Shown: piece after piece, positions 57,571-64,000 of the stretch
How the letters are laid out: each line of letters opens with the position of its first letter
How positions within the stretch are numbered: the stretch's first letter is position 1
Origin: Candidatus Calditenuaceae archaeon HR02
Lineage (GTDB): Archaea; Thermoproteota; Nitrososphaeria_A; Caldarchaeales; Calditenuaceae
Assembly: GCA_002898395.1 (NCBI GenBank)
Contig: BEHE01000004.1
Span: 1-64,000, forward strand
DNA length: 64,000 bases
Direction of reading: 5' to 3'
Notes under the pieces: model-generated
Database searches by the model: none
The model's input: the letters and a program-made list of their open reading frames with translations, nothing else
Told to the model about the DNA's origin: nothing
Made by a program: the position numbers and the translations under genes

Positions 57571-59469
57571 TCAGGGCGACCATCTTAGCACGCGGCATTT
57601 TCCATAGGGAATAAGGGCTTCGAAATCGTTTGGCCTTATACGGTTTTCGCCGAGCCTAAGCACTTCCCCGACCTTAGCTGCCAGTATTCTAGCAACTTTG
57701 GAGGCATCTTCTTGGCCAGGAGATAATACAGCGTAGACAACTGCCTCGGTCCTCACCCAGGACTCGACACCTACGATCGGGCCGAGCTTCTCAGAATATC
57801 CTACACAGATTTGGAGTTGTACGTGGATGTAGTTTTTTGGTGGCTTAATGATAAACGAGCCTCGTGGGAGATACATCCCCTCTGGAGGTGTGAAGCTTAT
57901 CTGATGCGGCTCCACCCAGTATACAGACATTCCTGAGAGCCCCTCCCGCCAAGCACGGCTGAAAGATGCACAAAGTGTGGCAGCCTCGCGAATCTCCTCA
58001 TCCCCGGCCCCCGCCCCATCCTTCAGTATGGCGACGGGTGATCCCCTAATTTCTGCGTGTAAAACAATGTCGCCTTTTTCCAGGTGTTTCTTCAGTAGCC
58101 GCATGTTTGAGCTGGCATCTTTTCCAAGGACGATGAGTCTACCTCCGCTTGTCATCGACCATCGATATCTGTGAAACCATTCTGTTCGCCGCCTCCTTAC
58201 CTCAACAACTTCCACGGTCCGAGGGACAGAGATTGTGGACTTTAGACGTGAAGCCCTTGCCTCAAGCTCTGAAATCTCGCTGAGCAGGTTCTCCACACCT
58301 TTCATCGTCGTTTTAGCATTCTTGAAGAGCCTGTCGATCTGGATAGTCACGGGCTCCCTGATGCTTAGCTGCACAGTCTTTCCATCCAGCTCAAGTATGG
58401 CTACGCCTGTGCTCCTGTCTAAAGACTTCACCACCCCACTTGGCGAGCCACCCGCCCTAATCTCCGCCCATAAATCCTTCAACTCGGCTAATCTCATATG
58501 AAGTATTGATGCCTGCTCTTTGAGCTCCTGAGCCCTTAGCCTTAACTGGTCGGCAAGAGTCCTCTTCTCAGCAATCTCCTTTTCAATCCTCCGAACCTCC
58601 TCCTCTATTTTTTGTCTGTGCTCGGAGACCCTAACCGCCTGGATATAAGACTCATAAACCAAGCTGACCGCCTCATTCAGACTAGCCGTGTGGACTTCCT
58701 CGAAGCCTTTCTTGTCCAGGTGGATGAGTGGGAATGGCGCAAACGTCACATACACGTCACCGGCCCTATATGCTGTTGGTCTCGGGTTTTCAAGAAGCTT
58801 GAAGAGATAACCTACGCCATCCGCAATCTTCTCTCTCTCGCCTGCATCTAGTTCTGCAACCTTTTTGGATGGGTTGACACCAGTCCTCGCCAACACCTCG
58901 TTAGAGTATTTAGTGCCTAGCCCGAGCTCTCTCGCGAGAGCTACCCCTACTTTTATCTTCCCATCCACACTTGAAAGCAGTGCTAGGGCGTCCTCACGCC
59001 CAGATACAGTCGCCTTCCTAGCGGGCCAGGCGTAGGGCTCGCCTCTACGCAGACCAGTTGAGAGAAGCACAACGCCCCTCTCATCCAAGAGGTTCAATCC
59101 TCCACCGGGGAAGACTTCTATGATAAGGCCGTAAACCACCCCGCCCCTTTCGAAGCGGAGCCTAGCTATCCTCTCACCGGTGACCTGCTCTGCAGATTTC
59201 AACACACAACCCTTGAGATACCTTCTGAGCGAGGATGTGAGGTCGTCCAGCTGGCCGTGGACCTGGTATACGCCTGGGGCGAGAAATATGGCCTTAGAAG
59301 GGATCATCTTTAGGTCTCTTACATCCTCTGTCCCCTTGAGCCTGATAATATATGATGAATCCACACCTCTGTAGGCTTGTGAAACGTATCTTGGATGAGA
59401 AGCACTAATCTCCCTCAGGAGGACGGCCAGGTCTAGGCTGTTTATCTCGAATCTGGGTTTTTCCTGCAC
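57571..59469 (-). CDS. rqcH: Ribosome quality-control factor Rqc2/NEMF (NFACT family)
   Basis: NSLDL N-terminus, H2TH LGLGTKY, WFHRYRW, GKDASSN, LHAEIRGSP, YLPRGSF. Confidence 0.9.
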   Translation of the reverse strand: MQEKPRFEINSLDLAVLLREISASHPRYVSQAYRGVDSSYIIRLKGTEDVRDLKMIPSKAIFLAPGVYQVHGQLDDLTSSLRRYLKGCVLKSAEQVTGERIARLRFERGGVVYGLIIEVFPGGGLNLLDERGVVLLSTGLRRGEPYAWPARKATVSGREDALALLSSVDGKIKVGVALARELGLGTKYSNEVLARTGVNPSKKVAELDAGEREKIADGVGYLFKLLENPRPTAYRAGDVYVTFAPFPLIHLDKKGFEEVHTASLNEAVSLVYESYIQAVRVSEHRQKIEEEVRRIEKEIAEKRTLADQLRLRAQELKEQASILHMRLAELKDLWAEIRAGGSPSGVVKSLDRSTGVAILELDGKTVQLSIREPVTIQIDRLFKNAKTTMKGVENLLSEISELEARASRLKSTISVPRTVEVVEVRRRRTEWFHRYRWSMTSGGRLIVLGKDASSNMRLLKKHLEKGDIVLHAEIRGSPVAILKDGAGAGDEEIREAATLCASFSRAWREGLSGMSVYWVEPHQISFTPPEGMYLPRGSFIIKPPKNYIHVQLQICVGYSEKLGPIVGVESWVRTEAVVYAVLSPGQEDASKVARILAAKVGEVLRLGENRIRPNDFEALIPYGKCRVLRWSP

Positions 59470-59503
59470 CGATTATGGATTGTGGGATCGTTTTTATCAA
59501 GAT

Positions 59504-60160
59504 TTAGGCGAGGGCCTGGAGCACGTGTTCGATGTAGTGAATTTCTGGGAGGGCGCCTTCAAACTCTATCTTTTCGTTGACGACCGTCTTAGGCACTGCC
59601 ATCACTTGATACTTTTGTGCCAGGTGTGGGAACTCTATGACCTCCACCATGTCGCCGACTATCTTCGGATTCTCTAGGGCCATTTGGTGCGCAATCCTAA
59701 CTGCGCGGGGACAGTAGGGGCAGGTGGGTGTTACGAATACCTGTATGTGGAGCGGCTTATCCACCGATTTAACCATCTCGAGGGCTCGGGGGGAGAGCCT
59801 CGACCTCCCCCTTGAGACGTCCACAATGTCTTCCAAAAGGGTTGTAAACTCATATCCGCTGGGGACCCCGAAGAAGCGTATCCACGACTCCCTTTCACCG
59901 AGGAGGATAGTAGCAGGTATCTTGTCTATGCGCCACCTCTCCGCCAAATCTCTGTCACGCTCAAAGTCGTAGACCTCTAGGCTCAGATTTCCATTCAGCT
60001 CAGCCAACTCGCTCAAGAGACGCCCAGTAACCTCGCAATAATCGCACTCAAACTCCTGCGTGAAGTATAGTATTCGGACAGTAGATGCTACCTCCTCGCC
60101 TAACTTCTTCCTAACAAACTCCTTGTCGCGCGGCTTGAGTATTGAGTTCACAGCATACAC
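59504..60160 (-). CDS. Protein disulfide oxidoreductase (two thioredoxin folds)
   Basis: CDYC and CPYC sites; GVPSGYEF. Confidence 0.94.
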   Translation of the reverse strand: MYAVNSILKPRDKEFVRKKLGEEVASTVRILYFTQEFECDYCEVTGRLLSELAELNGNLSLEVYDFERDRDLAERWRIDKIPATILLGERESWIRFFGVPSGYEFTTLLEDIVDVSRGRSRLSPRALEMVKSVDKPLHIQVFVTPTCPYCPRAVRIAHQMALENPKIVGDMVEVIEFPHLAQKYQVMAVPKTVVNEKIEFEGALPEIHYIEHVLQALA

Positions 60161-60243
60161 CCTATGTTTCGAGCCTATAACTATTTTCTAATGTCTCGTG
60201 CCCGAGCCAAGGATTAAATTATGACGAGGACATCAAGTTTTGA

Positions 60244-62283
60244 ATGGCTGTAGAGCGGCTACTGAAGGCGACTGTAGTGGCTCCATCGAGTAGCGCGCAA
60301 GAACTTTTGAAGGCGCTGGTAAAGTTCGGGGAGTTCCACCCCTCCTCGCATGAGGACCAAAAACCTGCTAAGATACTTGAGCCGCTATATGAGCGGGCTA
60401 GAAGGATCTTCTTAGAGCTTGAAGCTGCGGCTAGGGAGCTGGAGGTAGAGGCAGGGGGTGGTGTGATAGAGGTCCTTTTGAAAGGTGAGCCGGAGCCCGA
60501 GAGCATAAGCGTCAGAGATTTGGAGGATCTTTTGGAGTCGCTCTCGAGCAGGGCCCAGCCCATCTTATCAGAACTTAGGGGGCTGAACAAGAGGATAGAT
60601 GAGATTAGGCCGGAGATTGAGAGGCTAGAGCGGGAAAGGGATAGGCTCACCATATACGTCCAGCTAGGTCTAGACCTCTCAAGAATATCGCGGCTCAGGC
60701 ACGTATACGCTGCGGCATTCGTAGCCTCGCCCCGCGATGTAGATGAGATAACCAAGTCACTAGAGGAGGCCACAGTCGCCTTCAAGCCGATACAGAAAGA
60801 CATGGCCCTCATGGTCGTTGTGTCGAAACCCTCCCACCGCGAGAAGATTGAGAGAGTTCTGAGGACATTTAACCTTACGCCGGTCGATGTAAGAATTGAT
60901 GAGCCTCTCGGGAAGATCTCTGAGAAGCTTAGGGAGGTTGAGGAGAGGCTTGCTGAGCTGAGGGCCGAGGTTGAGAACTTGGAGGGGAGGAAGAGGTGGA
61001 TTAGGGAGGAGAGGGGGAGGGAGATCGCCACATTGAGGATGCTTGCGCAGGGTGTAATCGACTCTCTCCAGAGAGTGAGAGGTGAGAGGGGTAGGCTACT
61101 AGTTTTAGAGGGTTATATCCCTCAGAGGCTGAGCGGAGACTTCATCCGAGTAGTGGGTGGCAAGGCATACGTCCAATTGTCTCCAACCACCCACCACAAT
61201 GGTTCTGTAGAAAAAATGCCTCCGACCCGTCTTAAGAATAACTGGATTACAGAGTCTTTCAAGCCCGTAACACTCATCCAAGGGCCGCCATCCTACTATG
61301 AAGTGGATCCAACACCATTCGTCTCAATCTTCCTATCAGTATTCTATGGAGTCATGTTTGCAGACCTCGGACAGGGGCTAGTCCTCACCCTTCTTGGCCT
61401 CATCCTCTCGATAAGGGCTAAGAGCGGGTTGAGGCTCTGGGGACGCCTCATAATGATCCTAGGAATCTCGTCGTCTATTGCTGGATTCTTTATACAAGAG
61501 GCGTTCGGGTTTAAGCTTTCACAGGTAACTGGGATGAAGCCTATCCTCGAGCTGATCGAACACCAGGGTGAGTCTGCTGCCATTAGCTCTGAGGCCGTCA
61601 TCAAGCTTTTCACATTTGCACCACTCCTAGGTTTCATTCATGTCTCAATCGGCCTTGCCGTCTCAACCTATATTCTCCTCAAACACGGTGAGGTGGGGGA
61701 GGCCATCTTCTCTAAGGGGGCCTCGCTTGGAATGTACGTCTGCGGGCTTCTTTTCGCTCTTGCATTCATCACCACGCGAGGCTTCGAGACCCTGCTCAAC
61801 AGCACCCAGCCAGTCCCGCTTCTGGGGCTTCCAGCCAGCCTTGTCGGAGCCATAGGAGTCTATGGATTGTTGACCTGCATGGCTCTGATCGTTGGAGGAA
61901 GAGTTGTAGGATCATTCCTAAACCTCTTTCCACGGGGGAGTGTAGTTGGGTATTTCGGGACAGGGCTTCTCGAAATACTTGAGAACATAATCCACTTCAT
62001 GTCGAACACCCTCAGCTATCTCAGGATCTCCATACTAATGATAATCCACGTTGCCTTGATGCTCTTGATTAACTCGGCATGGGAGGCACTGGGCATAGCC
62101 TCGATAGGAATACTAGTGATCGGTAACATAGGCGTTATGGGGCTTGAGGGACTGCTCGTCTTCATACAGGCTCTTAGGCTTCACCTCTACGAGTTCTTCA
62201 CCAAGTTCTTCACGGGAGAAGGCATAATCTTTAGACCACTCTCACTCAACTCTGAGAGGATAAGGGTTGTTTTCAGGGATTAG
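60244..62283 (+). CDS. atpI: A/V-type ATP synthase subunit I (a)
   Basis: EVDPTP, YGVMFADLGQG, SNTLSYLR, QALRLHLYEFFTKF. Confidence 0.95.
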   Translation: MAVERLLKATVVAPSSSAQELLKALVKFGEFHPSSHEDQKPAKILEPLYERARRIFLELEAAARELEVEAGGGVIEVLLKGEPEPESISVRDLEDLLESLSSRAQPILSELRGLNKRIDEIRPEIERLERERDRLTIYVQLGLDLSRISRLRHVYAAAFVASPRDVDEITKSLEEATVAFKPIQKDMALMVVVSKPSHREKIERVLRTFNLTPVDVRIDEPLGKISEKLREVEERLAELRAEVENLEGRKRWIREERGREIATLRMLAQGVIDSLQRVRGERGRLLVLEGYIPQRLSGDFIRVVGGKAYVQLSPTTHHNGSVEKMPPTRLKNNWITESFKPVTLIQGPPSYYEVDPTPFVSIFLSVFYGVMFADLGQGLVLTLLGLILSIRAKSGLRLWGRLIMILGISSSIAGFFIQEAFGFKLSQVTGMKPILELIEHQGESAAISSEAVIKLFTFAPLLGFIHVSIGLAVSTYILLKHGEVGEAIFSKGASLGMYVCGLLFALAFITTRGFETLLNSTQPVPLLGLPASLVGAIGVYGLLTCMALIVGGRVVGSFLNLFPRGSVVGYFGTGLLEILENIIHFMSNTLSYLRISILMIIHVALMLLINSAWEALGIASIGILVIGNIGVMGLEGLLVFIQALRLHLYEFFTKFFTGEGIIFRPLSLNSERIRVVFRD

Positions 62284-62385
62284 TAGGGCTCACCACCCTG
62301 TTTAATCTTTAGAGACGAGTTCTTCTATTCTTAGAATTGAGGCATGCAAATATACTCCCGGCTGTAGGGGGTTATTGTAGGTGTC

Positions 62386-63579
62386 TTGCTAGCGATTAAG
62401 GGTGGAAGACCGGTCCGTTCAGAGCCGTTTCCAAGCTGGCCAGTCTGGGGTAGGGAGGAAGAGGAGATGCTCTTGTCGGCCCTGAGGTCTGGGGTTTGGG
62501 GGCTGGGAGGCCAGCTGGTGGAGCGGTTCGGCGAGGAATTTGCGGGCTATGCAGGGTGTAAGCATGGTGTACCCTGCATGAACGGCACCACAGCCTTGAA
62601 GATCGCCCTGAAAACACTGGGCATCGGCCCAGGAGACAGAGTGATAACAACGCCATACACGTTTGTCGCCACCTCCTCTGTACTAGTAGAGCTCGGAGCA
62701 ATACCTGTTTACGTCGACGTAGTGGAGGGCGGGGTTAATATAGACTCAAGGCTTGTTTGGGAGACTATTGACAGCGGCGTAAAAGCCATCCTTCCAGTCC
62801 ACGTGGGCGGGCATCCCGTGGAGATGGATCTAGTTCTTAAGGCCTCAGAAAGCCTGGGCGTGCCTGTGGTTGAGGATGCTGCAGAGGCCCATGGTGCCGA
62901 GTGGAAGGGTAGGAGGGTGGGGAGCCTGGGCGTTATGGGGTGTTTTAGCTTCCAGTCCAGCAAGGTGATGACGAGCGGTGAGGGGGGGATTATCACTTTG
63001 AATGACTCGGAGCTGGCGGAGACCTGTAGGGCCCTAGTAAACTGTGGACGGAGTCTTGGCAGGGACTGGTATGAGGGCGATCTTCTAGGCTACAATTACA
63101 GGATGACAGAGTTTCAGGCAGCCATACTTCTGTCCCAGCTGAGGAGGTTGGATGAGCAGATCGAGAGGCGTCAGAGGAATTTTGAGGAGCTGGCGAGGCT
63201 GTGCAGGGACTTGGAGGGGTTCAGGCTGATTACGCCCCCCCACGGCACTGATAGGACTCCCCACTACCTCGTTATAATTCAGGCGGATGGGGAGTACTTT
63301 AGGGGTGTCTCAAAACAGAAGATTGTTGAAGCACTACGTGGCGAGGGGGTACCTGCGTCGGTAGGATGGCCCATGCCGCTATACCGCTTTCCACCAATCA
63401 AGAGATACCTTGAGCACCATGGTGTCAGAGTCAGTCAGGGCGAGTTTCCCAATACGGAGAAGGCGGCCTCCGAGTTTCTATTCGTGCACCACAGGGTGTT
63501 GTTAGGTGGTCGTAGGGAGGTGGAGGATGTTTACAAGGCCTTGAAGAAGGTTGAACAGCACGCGGGTGAGATGGCATGA
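62386..63579 (+). CDS. DegT/DnrJ/EryC1/StrS-family PLP aminotransferase
   Basis: NGTTAL, EDAAEAHG, SFQSSKVMTSGEGG, GYNYRM. Confidence 0.93.
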   Translation: MLAIKGGRPVRSEPFPSWPVWGREEEEMLLSALRSGVWGLGGQLVERFGEEFAGYAGCKHGVPCMNGTTALKIALKTLGIGPGDRVITTPYTFVATSSVLVELGAIPVYVDVVEGGVNIDSRLVWETIDSGVKAILPVHVGGHPVEMDLVLKASESLGVPVVEDAAEAHGAEWKGRRVGSLGVMGCFSFQSSKVMTSGEGGIITLNDSELAETCRALVNCGRSLGRDWYEGDLLGYNYRMTEFQAAILLSQLRRLDEQIERRQRNFEELARLCRDLEGFRLITPPHGTDRTPHYLVIIQADGEYFRGVSKQKIVEALRGEGVPASVGWPMPLYRFPPIKRYLEHHGVRVSQGEFPNTEKAASEFLFVHHRVLLGGRREVEDVYKALKKVEQHAGEMA

Positions 63580-64000
63580 ATCTTTTAGTCTTTGAGGATG
63601 AGGCTTGGCGGAACTTTAAACAGCTCACGTACATTAGGCCCGTATACCGGATATTCACCACCAACGGCCCCCTCATAAAAAACATCTTGAAAAACTTCAG
63701 GGATGTCAAGGTGTACACCTATGCGAGAGAATACTTGGGGAGGATAGAGAATGAGCGCGACCCATCAGTGAAATTCAATTCAATCCCTGAACATGATGAG
63801 GAGGCCCTATTAATTAATGGGCTGGCAAGGAGGCCTGAACTCGTAGCCTCGCTCGCCGAGAAAACAGGGGGGCGCGAGTTCATCCTCTTGGCTGAGGGCA
63901 GGTTTCTAGCAGCTAGGCTGAGAGGCGAGAGGGTTGCAGAGGTCGAGAAGCCTGCCGACATACTGGAGAGGTTGGCCTCGTTAATAGGTGTAGTTGAGAC
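63576..64000 (+). CDS. Putative sugar nucleotidyltransferase-like protein, N-terminal part (runs off the window; not in ORF track)
   Basis: ATG overlaps the upstream TGA; MNLLVFEDEAWRNFKQLTYIRPV resembles the N-terminus 'FED....F.PLT..RP' of GlmU-like proteins. Confidence 0.65.
   Translation, partial: MNLLVFEDEAWRNFKQLTYIRPVYRIFTTNGPLIKNILKNFRDVKVYTYAREYLGRIENERDPSVKFNSIPEHDEEALLINGLARRPELVASLAEKTGGREFILLAEGRFLAARLRGERVAEVEKPADILERLASLIGVVE

Noticed and set aside
60219-61031. Long antisense ORFs (270 aa here; also 49373..49945, 42822..43334, 18611..19105)
   Set aside because: Ser-rich shadows opposite well-supported genes.

Overview
Archaeal chromosomal segment, gene-dense, about 50-52% GC by eye, with many leaderless TATA-box promoters. 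Gene content (PolB1, L14e/L34e, intron-split cbf5, dispersed A-type ATPase genes) suggests a thermophilic TACK archaeon, possibly Aigarchaeota/Caldarchaeales (inference). Most of the window is housekeeping: P0/P1 stalk, alaS, ATPase H/C/I, pelota, dnaG, pyrG, GTPBP, trm5, fen1, cdc48, ychF, polB1, S5-L30-L15-secY-DUF106-L34e-cmk-L14e-cbf5, rqc2. There are three accessory parts. (1) The left end holds an IS6 remnant and a compact, divergent IS110-like recombinase followed by a ~160-nt nested hairpin with a two-fold symmetric internal loop, a candidate guide/bridge-type RNA. (2) A lower-GC island (~26-37.8 kb) carries a peptide ABC transporter, hydantoin racemase, M24 peptidase and hydantoinase/oxoprolinase A/B. 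(3) Decayed DNA lies around two convergent tRNAs. Two 19-nt bulge-helix-bulge introns are visible: one in the catalytic Asp codon of cbf5 and one at position 29/30 of tRNA-Gly(GCC). The supplied ORF track gives the wrong strand for dnaG (9369..10535), which is on the minus strand. All family assignments are from motif recognition; no searches were run.
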